64,000 nt of DNA, from assembly GCA_017508405.1 (NCBI GenBank), contig JAFVYY010000020.1, positions 529 through 64,528 on the forward strand. The letters are read 5' to 3'. Positions 1 through 8,491 of this stretch are shown one piece after another. Both the position numbers and the translations under genes were made by a program. The number at the start of each line of letters is the position of its first letter. Position 1 is the stretch's first letter. The DNA comes from Clostridia bacterium (GTDB lineage: Bacteria > Bacillota > Clostridia > Oscillospirales > CAG-272). The notes beneath the pieces were generated by a model. That model ran no database searches. It was not told where the DNA came from and worked only from the letters and a program-made list of their open reading frames with translations.

Positions 1-132
1 CACTCGGACAGAATATTTATGTTTGAGGGCGGTGTACTTACGGAAAGCGGAAGTCACGAGGAGCTTATGAGAAATAATAAGAATTACGCGAAAATGTTTA
101 ATATACAGGCTAAAAACTACTGTATAAGCTAA
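1..132 (+). CDS. ABC transporter ATP-binding (exporter-type) protein, C-terminal end only; 5' part lies outside the window
   Basis: Frame 1 is open from base 1 to TAA at 130-132. It reads HSDRIFMFEGGVLTESGSHEELMRNNKNYAKMFNIQAKNYCIS, a typical tail of MsbA-like ABC ATPase domains. Confidence 0.7.
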   Translation, partial: HSDRIFMFEGGVLTESGSHEELMRNNKNYAKMFNIQAKNYCIS

Positions 133-137
133 AAAAG

Positions 138-188
138 ATAAGCCAACATGCAAAATCCGTAAGGGAATGTGCCTTGTTGGCTTATTTT
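138..188 (+). terminator. Putative rho-independent terminator of the upstream ABC gene
   Basis: ATAAGCCAACA (138-148) pairs with TGTTGGCTTAT (175-185), followed by TTTT. The 26-nt loop is large. Confidence 0.5.
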
Positions 189-235
189 ACGCTTATAATA
201 TGAACATATGTACATCCGATACTGTGAAAAACGGC

Positions 236-264
236 TTGAAAATTGCGTTTGTTTGTGTTATACT
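236..264 (+). promoter_or_regulatory. Sigma-A-type promoter for the GH127 gene
   Basis: TTGAAA (236-241), 17-nt spacer, TATACT (259-264), with an extended -10 TG at 256-257. Confidence 0.6.
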
Positions 265-293
265 CATTGTAGAATAGCTTTTTTGGAGGGCTT

Positions 294-2099
294 ATGGAAA
301 GAATAGATTTTTCAAATATAAAAATTACGGGGGGCTTTTGGAAGCAGAAGCAGGATCTTGTTCGTGACGTGACGGTACGTGCCGTGTATGACAGATTTAA
401 GGATACGGGCAGATTTGAAGCTTTTAAGGGAGACACCTCTCGCTTTGATCCCCATATCTTCTGGGACTCCGACGTTGCCAAGTGGATGGAGGGCGTTGCA
501 TATCTTACGTCCGAAAAGCGTGAGCCTCAGCTTGAAGCTATCGTTGATGAGCTCGTTGATGATATAGAAAGGATGCAGGATGAAAACGGATATTTCAATA
601 TCTTTTTCACAGTTAAGGAGCCCGAAAACAGATTCAAGTACAGAGACTGTCACGAGCTTTACTGTGCGGGACATCTTATGGAAGCGGCGGTTGCATACTA
701 TCAGGCAACGAGAAAAAGAAAATTCCTTGATCTTATGTGCAAGTATGCTGATTATATAGAAGAGCGGTTTGTAAAGAAAAAGGACACTGATTTTGTAACT
801 CCGGGTCATGAGGAGATAGAGCTTGCACTTGTCCGTCTTGCGGAATGCACCGGCGTTATGCGTTATTTGGAGCTTTCAAAATTTTTCGTTAACAAAAGAG
901 GCACTGTTCTTGAGGGACTTACTGATTGGAGCCAGCAGATGTACAATCAGTCCCATATGCCTGTAAGGGAGCAGAGGACTGCGGAGGGGCATGCAGTTCG
1001 TGCTGTATATCTTTATTGCGCTATGGCTGATCTTGCCCTTAAATACGGTGATACAGCTCTTAAGGACGCTTGCAAGGCTATCTTTGATAACATAGCGGAA
1101 AAGAGGATGTATATAACAGGCGGCATCGGCTCTTCCCATGCGGGAGAGGCGTTTACCGTTGATTACGATTTACCAAACCTAATATCATATACCGAGTCCT
1201 GTGCAGCGCTCGGACTTGCTCTTTTTGCACACAGAATGCTTCTTCTTGAAAAGGATTCCAAGTATGCGGACGTTGTTGAAAGAGCTATATATAACGGTTT
1301 TATGTCCTCAATTTCTCTTGACGGAAAATCCTACTTCTATACAAATCCCTTAGAGGTATTGCCCTATATGTTTACAAGGGACGTAAGCGTAAGCCATTAC
1401 AGTATCCAGCTTCCCGCAATGCAGAGATTCGAGGTGTTTGACTGTTCCTGCTGTCCTCCGAACATCGTACGCTTCATTCCGTCAATCGCTAATTTAATGT
1501 ACACCGTTGAGGGGGACACCCTTTACGTGCATCAGTTTATGGAGAGCGAAGCTAATATAGTAATAAACGGAAAAAGCGTTATAGTTAAGCAGAAAACCGC
1601 CTACCCTGTGGACGGTAAGGTTCAAATTTCCGTCAGCGGCGGTGATATAAAAATTGCGGTAAGAGTGCCTGAGTGGTGTGATAGCTACGAAGGTAAAACA
1701 AAAAAAGGATATATGTATCTTGATTTGTGCGATAACAAGTCCGTAGACCTTGATTTCGCAATGAAAGCAGTTTTGGTAGAGGCAAACCCCTTAGTCATTG
1801 CCGATGCGGGAAAATATGCCGTTATGCGCGGTCCGTTGGTTTACTGTATGGAGGGTGTTGATAACGGAAGCTGCATAAGAGATATAAGAATTGATTCAAA
1901 TTCCGACTTTATCCTCGGGGACGTGTCTGAATTTGGCGCTCCCGTAATAAAGGTAAATGCATACAGACGTAAGGCAACTGACAAGCTTTACTATACAAAG
2001 GCTGACAATTACGAAAAGACAGTTGCAACTCTTATTCCATACTACGCCTTTGCAAATCGAGGCGTAACCGAAATGCAGGTATGGCACTTGATAAAATGA
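294..2099 (+). CDS. Glycoside hydrolase family 127 (DUF1680, beta-L-arabinofuranosidase-like)
   Basis: 601 aa. The N-terminus FSNIKITGGFWKQKQ, the motifs HELYCAGHLMEAAVAYY and GHEEIELALVRL, and the Cys cluster FDCSCCPPNIVRF are characteristic of HypBA1-type GH127. GGAGGG lies upstream of the ATG. Confidence 0.88.
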   Translation: MERIDFSNIKITGGFWKQKQDLVRDVTVRAVYDRFKDTGRFEAFKGDTSRFDPHIFWDSDVAKWMEGVAYLTSEKREPQLEAIVDELVDDIERMQDENGYFNIFFTVKEPENRFKYRDCHELYCAGHLMEAAVAYYQATRKRKFLDLMCKYADYIEERFVKKKDTDFVTPGHEEIELALVRLAECTGVMRYLELSKFFVNKRGTVLEGLTDWSQQMYNQSHMPVREQRTAEGHAVRAVYLYCAMADLALKYGDTALKDACKAIFDNIAEKRMYITGGIGSSHAGEAFTVDYDLPNLISYTESCAALGLALFAHRMLLLEKDSKYADVVERAIYNGFMSSISLDGKSYFYTNPLEVLPYMFTRDVSVSHYSIQLPAMQRFEVFDCSCCPPNIVRFIPSIANLMYTVEGDTLYVHQFMESEANIVINGKSVIVKQKTAYPVDGKVQISVSGGDIKIAVRVPEWCDSYEGKTKKGYMYLDLCDNKSVDLDFAMKAVLVEANPLVIADAGKYAVMRGPLVYCMEGVDNGSCIRDIRIDSNSDFILGDVSEFGAPVIKVNAYRRKATDKLYYTKADNYEKTVATLIPYYAFANRGVTEMQVWHLIK

Positions 2100-2114
2100 T
2101 AGATCATTTTATCG

Positions 2115-2198
2115 GTGAAATTTGTCCTGAAGGACAAGTGAAATAGCTGCGCTGCGAAATATTTGCTATCGCAAATGTGAAATTTTTGCTTTGCAAAA
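2115..2198 (+). repeat. Four copies of G(T/C)GAAAT, three of them each followed by a different 6-bp-stem hairpin
   Basis: GTGAAAT at 2115, 2138 and 2177; GCGAAAT at 2154. Hairpins are TTGTCC/GGACAA (2122-2137), ATTTGC/GCAAAT (2161-2176) and TTTTGC/GCAAAA (2184-2198). Confidence 0.5.
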
Positions 2199-2255
2199 GC
2201 GATATGCTTGATTAACTTTTGTAAGAAAAATTACATACGTTATTAAAAATCAATA

Positions 2256-2288
2256 CAAAAAAAGCACTTCAAAACGAAGTGCTTTTTA
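2256..2288. terminator. Bidirectional rho-independent terminator between the convergent GH127 gene and pfkA
   Basis: GCACTTC (2264-2270) pairs with GAAGTGC (2276-2282). An A-run lies upstream and TTTTT downstream. Confidence 0.75.
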
Positions 2289-2298
2289 TGATTATTAA

Positions 2299-3366
2299 TT
2301 AGCAACCGATGGTGTTTGCAATGTCGCACATATCAATGAAGTAAGCCTTACGCTCCTCGCAAAGCGCCTTCATATCTTCGATCTGCTCGGGGGTGAATGC
2401 ATCAAGATCTCCATCCTTAAGCTTACCCTTATACATTCTGTCAACAATGAGAGCGTACTTGATATCGGTAGAGATGATCTTATTGTCTCTTGAACAGATT
2501 ACAACGTCGCTCTGACCCTGAAGAAGGAGGTCAACTGCTTTATCTCCCATTACGGATGCAAGAACTCTGTCGCGAAGGGTAGGTCTACCGCCGCGTACTA
2601 TATGAGCAGGGCAGTTATATCTTGCTTCAATACCTGTTTTCTGTTCAATTTCCTTTGTAAGGGACTGAGCGAATGCGGAGCCAAGACCCTCGGCAACAAT
2701 AACCATAAAGCTGCGTCTGCCATTATTTCTTGCCTCTATCATTCTTTCGAAAAGAGCCTCTTTATCAAAGGGAACCTCCTGAAGAGCAACGCCTATTGCG
2801 TTTAATGCGATACCTGTTTCGATGGCAATATAGCCTGCGTTTCTGCCCATAACCTCAACTACTGTGCAGCGAGCGTGGGATTCGGATGTATCACGAAGTC
2901 TGTCGCAAAGCTCAATAACCGTGTTCATAGCGGTGTCAAAGCCGATGGTTGTATCTGTAGCTGTAATATCGTTGTCAATTGTTCCGGGTAAGCCGATGCA
3001 AGGGATACCTCTCACGCTTAAATCCGTAGCGCCACGGAATGTTCCGTCTCCGCCTATAGCGATAATACCGTCAATGTTGTTTTTCTTACAGGTTTCAATA
3101 GCCTTAGCCATACCCTCTTCGGTTTTGAATTCGTCGCAACGGTCTGAGTAGAGATACGTACCGCCGAGGGAAATGATGCCGGAAACGTCATTTTTTGTAA
3201 GTGGCTTGATTCTGTTGTTGATAAGTCCGGAGTATCCTCCGAGAATGCCCACAACCTCAACACCTCTTGAAATTGCCGAGCAAGCTACGCTTTTAATTGC
3301 GGCGCTCATGCCGGGAGCGTCTCCACCGGAAGAAAGGATACCTATTTTTCTGAATTTCTTTTCCAT
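2299..3366 (-). CDS. pfkA: ATP-dependent 6-phosphofructokinase
   Basis: 355 aa. Motifs KIGILSSGGDAPGM, IGGDGTFRGA and GLPGTIDNDI. The GGDG form (not GGDD) suggests ATP dependence. AAGGAG lies 8 nt upstream of the ATG. Confidence 0.92.
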   Translation of the reverse strand: MEKKFRKIGILSSGGDAPGMSAAIKSVACSAISRGVEVVGILGGYSGLINNRIKPLTKNDVSGIISLGGTYLYSDRCDEFKTEEGMAKAIETCKKNNIDGIIAIGGDGTFRGATDLSVRGIPCIGLPGTIDNDITATDTTIGFDTAMNTVIELCDRLRDTSESHARCTVVEVMGRNAGYIAIETGIALNAIGVALQEVPFDKEALFERMIEARNNGRRSFMVIVAEGLGSAFAQSLTKEIEQKTGIEARYNCPAHIVRGGRPTLRDRVLASVMGDKAVDLLLQGQSDVVICSRDNKIISTDIKYALIVDRMYKGKLKDGDLDAFTPEQIEDMKALCEERKAYFIDMCDIANTIGC

Positions 3367-3434
3367 TATTATTCTCCTTTATAGGTAAATTCATAAATTT
3401 CCACTCTAAATTTTACCATATTATAGCATTAAAA

Positions 3435-3914
3435 TCAATAGATTTGTGAAATTTTGTCGTAAGCGTATTTAAGTATTTTGCATACGGTTTTATGTCTGAT
3501 TTCATCTCTTGTCATATTCTTGTCAAGCTTTAGATTAAAGGCTTCTGTCTCTCCCTTATAGGAAAAACCTACGTATACGGTACCTACCGGCTTTTCATCC
3601 GTTCCCCCATCGGGTCCCGCAATTCCCGTGGTACTGATTCCGATATCGGCAGAGCAAAGCTTTTTTACCCCCGCTGCCATTTCCATAGCGGTTTCCTTTG
3701 ATACTGCGCCGAAGGTTGAAAGCGTAGATTCCTTTACACCCAATACGTTGATTTTTACTTCGTTTGCATAAGAGACTACTCCGCCAAGGAAAACAGCCGA
3801 GCATCCGCTGACGTCGGTTATGGTTTTTGCCACAAGTCCGCCTGTGCATGATTCTGCGCATGAAAGCGTTAATCCACGCTCCTTTAAAATATTGATTAAG
3901 TCTATATTTGTCAT
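3435..3914 (-). CDS. CinA C-terminal domain / nicotinamide-nucleotide amidohydrolase (PncC-like)
   Basis: Motifs LSCAESCTGGL, VVSYANEVK and STTGIAGPDGG. I prefer the internal ATG at 3914 (MTNIDLINILK) over the track start at 3968, which adds an implausible hydrophobic leader. Confidence 0.85.
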   Translation of the reverse strand: MTNIDLINILKERGLTLSCAESCTGGLVAKTITDVSGCSAVFLGGVVSYANEVKINVLGVKESTLSTFGAVSKETAMEMAAGVKKLCSADIGISTTGIAGPDGGTDEKPVGTVYVGFSYKGETEAFNLKLDKNMTRDEIRHKTVCKILKYAYDKISQIY

Positions 3915-4039
3915 TTTTATATCAGTCCCTACATATATTTTTTTATAAATTGTAACATAAAATAGCAAAAAAAATCAACTTTTTTGCAAAAAATACACAA
4001 AAAATATCGAAAAAAATGAATTAAAAGTAAAAACAACTA

Positions 4040-4068
4040 TTGACAAACGCCAAAAAGTGTAGTACAAT
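4040..4068 (+). promoter_or_regulatory. Sigma-A-type promoter for the small lipoprotein gene
   Basis: TTGACA (4040-4045), 17-nt spacer, TACAAT (4063-4068). Confidence 0.65.
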
Positions 4069-4118
4069 AAACATAGAAAATTTTATGTGCAATGCACCAA
4101 ATAAAAAGGAGAACTATT

Positions 4119-4298
4119 ATGAAAAAGATTCTTGCACTCTTACTTGCTGTGCTTCTTTGTGTTACAGTATTCGTAGCTTGTGGTCCTGATGAAGAGCCCA
4201 CAACAACTGAAACACCCACAACAACTGAGCCCGGTTACACACCCGCATTCCCTGACGATACAACTCTTGACTCAGTAATGCCTGATTTCGGCGCTTAA
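4119..4298 (+). CDS. Small putative lipoprotein with a Thr/Pro-rich linker
   Basis: MKKILALLLAVLLCVTVFVACG has a lipobox-like VFVAC|G, followed by PDEEPTTTETPTTTEPGYTP. AAAGGAG lies 7 nt upstream of the ATG at 4119. The track start at 4092 lacks an RBS. Confidence 0.6.
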   Translation: MKKILALLLAVLLCVTVFVACGPDEEPTTTETPTTTEPGYTPAFPDDTTLDSVMPDFGA

Positions 4299-4306
4299 TT
4301 TAGTTT

Positions 4307-4335
4307 GAATAAAGTCTCCGTATTATGGGTATATT
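4307..4335 (+). promoter_or_regulatory. Possible forespore (sigma-F-like) promoter for spoIIR
   Basis: GAATA (4307-4311), 15-nt spacer, GGGTATATT (4327-4335). This was compared from memory with the B. subtilis sigma-F consensus GywTA-15-GgnrAnAnTw. The match is imperfect. Confidence 0.3.
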
Positions 4336-4361
4336 CCCTGTAATACGGAGGTTTTATTTTT
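4316..4361 (+). terminator. Rho-independent terminator of the lipoprotein gene; its 3' arm contains the spoIIR RBS
   Basis: CTCCGTATTA (4316-4325) pairs with TAATACGGAG (4341-4350), followed by GTTTTATTTTT. GGAGG lies at 4347-4351. Confidence 0.65.
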
Positions 4362-4961
4362 ATGAAATTTTTTACATCATTATCTATTTGTATTATAGCA
4401 TTTCTAACTTTATGGGGATTTATTCCCACAGCGGAGGAATGTGAGATTTATGATTCTACAATTCGTCTTCATATTATCGCAAACTCCGACAGTGAGGATG
4501 ATCAAAGGGTAAAACTGCTTGTTCGAGATGCTATACTTCAGCATATTTCGGAGTACGACGCAGCGACCAAGGAGGAGGCCCTTCTTGCGATCCGGTCTGA
4601 TAGGGATGAAATTACGGATATAGCTAAGAAAGTTCTTCTGGAAAACGGAATGGATAAAAACGTAGCAATAGAAATAGGAAAAGAAGAATACCCTGTTAGG
4701 TATTATGAGGATTTCAGCTTGCCGGCAGGGGAATATACGTCTGTAAGAATCATAATAGGTGAGGGCGAGGGTCAAAATTGGTGGTGCGTGTTGTTTCCGC
4801 CCATGTGTACGTCCTTTGCAATTGAATCAGATGATGAAAGCTATACAAGTGTAGGACTATCGAAGGATCAATATAATATGATAACCGGAGCAAACGGGGA
4901 ATATAAGGTAAAATTCAAGCTTCTTGAAATAGCGTCGAATGCATTTGGCATAGAATATTAA
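4362..4961 (+). CDS. spoIIR: Stage II sporulation protein R
   Basis: 199 aa with an N-terminal signal/TM segment. The motifs IRLHIIANSDSEDDQRVKLLVRDAIL and GQNWWCVLFPPMC are hallmarks of SpoIIR. Confidence 0.9.
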   Translation: MKFFTSLSICIIAFLTLWGFIPTAEECEIYDSTIRLHIIANSDSEDDQRVKLLVRDAILQHISEYDAATKEEALLAIRSDRDEITDIAKKVLLENGMDKNVAIEIGKEEYPVRYYEDFSLPAGEYTSVRIIIGEGEGQNWWCVLFPPMCTSFAIESDDESYTSVGLSKDQYNMITGANGEYKVKFKLLEIASNAFGIEY

Positions 4962-5035
4962 GAAATAAAATTCAAGCATAAACAGGAGAGATAATACAAT
5001 GTAAATGTATAATCTCTTCTTTTTTGCTTTTCATC

Positions 5036-5064
5036 TTGAAATCCGTGCGAATAGAGTGTATTAT
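5036..5064 (+). promoter_or_regulatory. Candidate sigma-A-type promoter for the DUF5685 gene
   Basis: TTGAAA (5036-5041), 17-nt spacer, TATTAT (5059-5064). Confidence 0.45.
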
Positions 5065-5097
5065 ATAATATAAGAATGTAACAAGGGGGAGAAGATT

Positions 5098-5970
5098 ATG
5101 TTCGGATATGTTAAACCGCTTGTTCCGGAGCTTAAGGTGAAGGAAAACGAGCTATATAAGGCAACATACTGCGGTCTTTGCCGCACTATGGGTAAAACTA
5201 CAGGATGTCTTTCTAAATTAACACTCAATTACGACTTTACATACCTTGCCCTTGTAAGATACGCTCTTGAGGGAAAGAGCGCTACCGTTAAGATGAGAAG
5301 ATGTATCGTTCATCCGTTCAGAAAAAGACCCATGCTTGAAATTGATGACACTCTTAAGTATTCTGCAAGGGCAAGCGTAATCTTGACAAGACTTAAGCTG
5401 CAGGACAACGTTAATGATTCAAAGGGACTTTCGCGCTTGAAAGCAAAGCTTGCAAAATTTATCTGTATATTCTTAAAAAAGACGGATAAGGAGCTTTTAC
5501 CCTTACAGGAAAGTATAGAAAAGCTAATAGCTGAGCTTAGCGAAAGAGAAAGAGAAAAATGTGATTCTATCGACACTGTGGCGGACATTTTCGGAAATAT
5601 CCTTAAGGAAATAGCATCCTTTGGGCTTGACGGAATAAACAGAAGAATCGCTGAGGAGATAGGTATGCATCTCGGCAGATGGATATACGTTATGGACGCC
5701 TGCGATGATTATGAAAGCGATAAAAAGTCAGGCTCCTATAACCCTTTGATATGCGCTTTCGGCAACTCGCTTACAGAGGATAACATCTACGCTATGCGTA
5801 CGGCGGCAATGTTGGAGCTTGAGGCTATGAGTAAATCGCTGGAGCTTATTGATTTTTCAAGCCATAGGGATGTAGAGGGCTTGGTCAAAAACGTAATTTA
5901 TCTCGGCATGGTTACAGAAACCGACAGGGTTCTTAAGTTTGACGGCTCAAGAGCTTTAAATAATCAGTAA
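5098..5970 (+). CDS. DUF5685-like uncharacterised protein
   Basis: 290 aa. The N-terminus MFGYVKPLVPELKVKENELYKATYCGLCRTMG matches my memory of the DUF5685 family signature (MFGYV...ELKV...Y.A.YCGLC). The assignment is unverified. Confidence 0.6.
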   Translation: MFGYVKPLVPELKVKENELYKATYCGLCRTMGKTTGCLSKLTLNYDFTYLALVRYALEGKSATVKMRRCIVHPFRKRPMLEIDDTLKYSARASVILTRLKLQDNVNDSKGLSRLKAKLAKFICIFLKKTDKELLPLQESIEKLIAELSEREREKCDSIDTVADIFGNILKEIASFGLDGINRRIAEEIGMHLGRWIYVMDACDDYESDKKSGSYNPLICAFGNSLTEDNIYAMRTAAMLELEAMSKSLELIDFSSHRDVEGLVKNVIYLGMVTETDRVLKFDGSRALNNQ

Positions 5971-6089
5971 AATTTACACCTTGTTAATTAATTATTCTTT
6001 ACAAAAGAAAAAATATATGATAAAATAAATAAGATAGGTTGGAGCTTAGACTCTACCTCTGACGATAAAAATAGTTATGGAGGATTTTA

Positions 6090-6683
6090 ATGAAGGATCC
6101 GTATAGAATTTTAGGAGTTTCTCCCAACGCTACAAATGAAGAGGTTAAGAATGCATACAGGGAGCTTGCGAAGAAGTATCATCCCGATAATTATGCAAAT
6201 AGCCCGATTGCAGACGTTGCAGAGGAAAAAATGAAGGAAATTAACGATGCGTATGACGAGATTTTGAAAATGCGCGCAGGAAAAAGCGAGGGTGCCGGAT
6301 ACGGAAACACGGGATATCAGAGCTCATATAGCGGTTCTGCATCGGGCGATCCGTATTTTTATGAGGTTCGTCAGAATATTAACAACGGAAGAATAAAAGA
6401 GGCAGAGGCATTTCTTAATAACACGCCAACGGAAAGAAGAAATTCCGAATGGTGCTTCCTTACCGCATGCGTACTTACCAAGAAGGGATATTACTTCGAC
6501 GCATTGCGTCTTGCGGATACTGCCTGCAATATGGCTCCCGATAACAGAGAATACGCAGCTCTTCGCGATAATCTTCGCCGTCAGTCAAACGGATATTCAC
6601 GTCCGGCTCAGCAAAATGTTGCGGGATGTAATATGTGTGACTGCTGTACAGCACTTATTTGTCTTGACTGTATGTGCAGATAA
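6090..6683 (+). CDS. J-domain protein with a TPR-like middle region and a C-terminal cysteine string
   Basis: The J domain reads [33 protein letters not shown], with the HPD motif. The C-terminus [20 protein letters not shown] has 7 Cys in its last 18 residues. GGAGGA RBS. Confidence 0.85.
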   Translation: MKDPYRILGVSPNATNEEVKNAYRELAKKYHPDNYANSPIADVAEEKMKEINDAYDEILKMRAGKSEGAGYGNTGYQSSYSGSASGDPYFYEVRQNINNGRIKEAEAFLNNTPTERRNSEWCFLTACVLTKKGYYFDALRLADTACNMAPDNREYAALRDNLRRQSNGYSRPAQQNVAGCNMCDCCTALICLDCMCR

Positions 6684-6692
6684 GGAGAAAAA

Positions 6693-7211
6693 ATGAGAAA
6701 AACAAAAAATCTTACATTTTGCTCCATTATGGTTGCCTTGAGTGTGGTGCTTTTGTTTATTTGCTCCTTTTTGGAATCTCTTAATCTTACCGCAGTGCTT
6801 CTTTCATCTATTTGTGTTTTTGTGGTAGATGAGGAGCTTCATATGAAGCGTGCGCTGGGAGTATACCTCGCAACGGGGATCTTGGCGTTTCTTTTGCTCC
6901 CGTCAAAGCTTATTGCAATTGAATATTTTATCTATGCTTTATATCCTGTTCTTAAGCGCCAAATAGGTAAAACAGGCAGAGGAGTGTCGATAATTCTAAA
7001 GGGAATTTACATTATGGCGGCTACTGTTGGAGATCTTGCCGTAATAAAGCTGTTTTTCCCTTCCGAAATAGAAAGTCAGCTTTTGTATATACTTTCGGGA
7101 GTTGTCGGAGTGATTTGGATAATTTTGTACGATCTTTTTTATTCAAGACTTGCAAAGTTGTATCATTTCAAATTAAGACATCAGCTCAGAATAGATAAAT
7201 TCTTCGACTAA
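6693..7211 (+). CDS. Hypothetical polytopic membrane protein
   Basis: 172 aa with about five hydrophobic segments. AAGGAG lies 5 nt upstream. It starts 9 nt after the J-protein stop. I recognise no family. Confidence 0.6.
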   Translation: MRKTKNLTFCSIMVALSVVLLFICSFLESLNLTAVLLSSICVFVVDEELHMKRALGVYLATGILAFLLLPSKLIAIEYFIYALYPVLKRQIGKTGRGVSIILKGIYIMAATVGDLAVIKLFFPSEIESQLLYILSGVVGVIWIILYDLFYSRLAKLYHFKLRHQLRIDKFFD

Positions 7212-7222
7212 ATTAACAAAAA

Positions 7223-7252
7223 ACACCGCTTGTACAAGCGGTGTTTTGTATT
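7223..7252 (+). terminator. Rho-independent terminator
   Basis: ACACCGCTTG (7223-7232) pairs with CAAGCGGTGT (7235-7244), followed by TTTGTATTTT. Confidence 0.8.
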
Positions 7253-7277
7253 TTCCTACAAACTTTTGATAAAAAAG

Positions 7278-7307
7278 TTGACAGGAATATATTATATATT
7301 GTAAAAT
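7278..7307 (+). promoter_or_regulatory. Sigma-A-type promoter for the yicC-remA-gmk-rpoZ... block
   Basis: TTGACA (7278-7283), 18-nt spacer, TAAAAT (7302-7307). Confidence 0.5.
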
Positions 7308-7349
7308 AATTATGTATATATTTTTATTAAATAAAAAGGACGAAATTGT

Positions 7350-8237
7350 ATGTTTAGAAGCATGACTGCCTTTGCAAGAGCCAGACAGACGGTTAACGGC
7401 AAGGATATAACAGCGGAAATCAAATCCGTAAATAACAGATATTTTGACTGCACTGTGAAAATATCAAGACTTTACAGCTTCCTTGAGGATAAAATCAAGC
7501 AGTATATTTCTCAAAAGGGAATTTCAAGAGGTAAGATCGAGGTATATGTAAACGTGGACGTTCTTACTCAGGAGGGTATAGAGATCTCACTGGATACTGC
7601 CTATGCAAAATCCTACATTGACGCTCTTTACAAGCTTCGTGACACCTTTGACTTAAAGGATGATATTACTGTTACAAGAATCGCTTCGAACAAGGATATC
7701 TTTAACGTAAAGAAGCCTGAGGATGACATAGAGGGTGACTGGGAGGATATCAAGGCTGTTCTTGATGTTGCTCTTGACGGATTTATAGAAAGAAGAATTA
7801 CAGAGGGTGAAAATCTTCTCAAAAATATACGGGAGAAAATCGATAATATCAAGGGGTATGTTGCAAAAATTTCCGAAAATTCCGAAAGAGATACTAAGGA
7901 ATACGGAAATAAGCTTAAGGAAAGAATTATCAAATTCCTTGATGAGCAGGCTCTCCGTATAGACGAGCAGAGAATTCTTACCGAGGTTGCTATCTTTGCC
8001 GATAAGATAGCTATTGATGAGGAGCTTGTAAGACTTGACAGCCACTTCGGTGCATTTGAGGAGATCGCGTCTTCAAATGAGCCTGCCGGCAGAAAGCTTG
8101 ACTTCCTTGTTCAGGAAATGAACAGAGAAACTAATACGATGGGCTCCAAGGCGTCCAATTCCGATACTGCTCATCTCGTTGTAAATATCAAGAACGAGCT
8201 TGAAAAAATCAGAGAGCAGATCCAGAATATAGAGTAA
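7350..8237 (+). CDS. yicC: YicC/YloC family stress-induced protein (endoribonuclease YloC-like)
   Basis: 295 aa. The motifs [21 protein letters not shown] and C-terminal [13 protein letters not shown] are typical of YicC. It occupies the yloC position upstream of remA-gmk. Confidence 0.88.
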   Translation: MFRSMTAFARARQTVNGKDITAEIKSVNNRYFDCTVKISRLYSFLEDKIKQYISQKGISRGKIEVYVNVDVLTQEGIEISLDTAYAKSYIDALYKLRDTFDLKDDITVTRIASNKDIFNVKKPEDDIEGDWEDIKAVLDVALDGFIERRITEGENLLKNIREKIDNIKGYVAKISENSERDTKEYGNKLKERIIKFLDEQALRIDEQRILTEVAIFADKIAIDEELVRLDSHFGAFEEIASSNEPAGRKLDFLVQEMNRETNTMGSKASNSDTAHLVVNIKNELEKIREQIQNIE

Positions 8238-8491
8238 TGAAATTTATTAACGTTGGATTTGGAAATATGATTCTTGACGAAAGGGTAGTAGCCCTGGTTT
8301 CCCCCGATTCCGCTCCCGCTAAAAGAACGGTTGCAGAGGCGAAGGAAAACGGAAGAATCATTGACTGCACAAGCGGCAGGCGCACTAAAAGCGTTATAAT
8401 CACGGATTCTGATCATGTAATAATATCGGCACTTGCGCCGGAAACCGTGGCAAACAGACTTAACGGCAACGATGACGGAGGTGAAGGATAA
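8237..8491 (+). CDS. remA: RemA/YlzA (DUF370) regulatory protein
   Basis: 84 aa. [27 protein letters not shown]...[33 protein letters not shown] overlap with yicC. Confidence 0.9.
   Translation: MKFINVGFGNMILDERVVALVSPDSAPAKRTVAEAKENGRIIDCTSGRRTKSVIITDSDHVIISALAPETVANRLNGNDDGGEG

Noticed and set aside
312-809. 165-aa minus-strand ORF inside the GH127 gene. The same applies to other antisense or out-of-frame ORFs in the track, for example 9384-9842, 12072-12554, 14728-15351, 17806-18252, 21139-21660, 24170-24805, 26866-27375, 33677-34138 and 38977-39429.
   Set aside because: All lie entirely within strongly supported genes on the opposite strand or in another frame. They have Ser/Leu/Ile/Phe-rich, low-complexity translations typical of shadow ORFs in AT-rich DNA. 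They lack Shine-Dalgarno sequences.
3420-3428. Extended -10 (TGcTATAAT, minus strand) as a pfkA promoter
   Set aside because: It is plausible, but no acceptable -35 lies at 16-18 nt. I left it out of the feature list as insufficiently supported.
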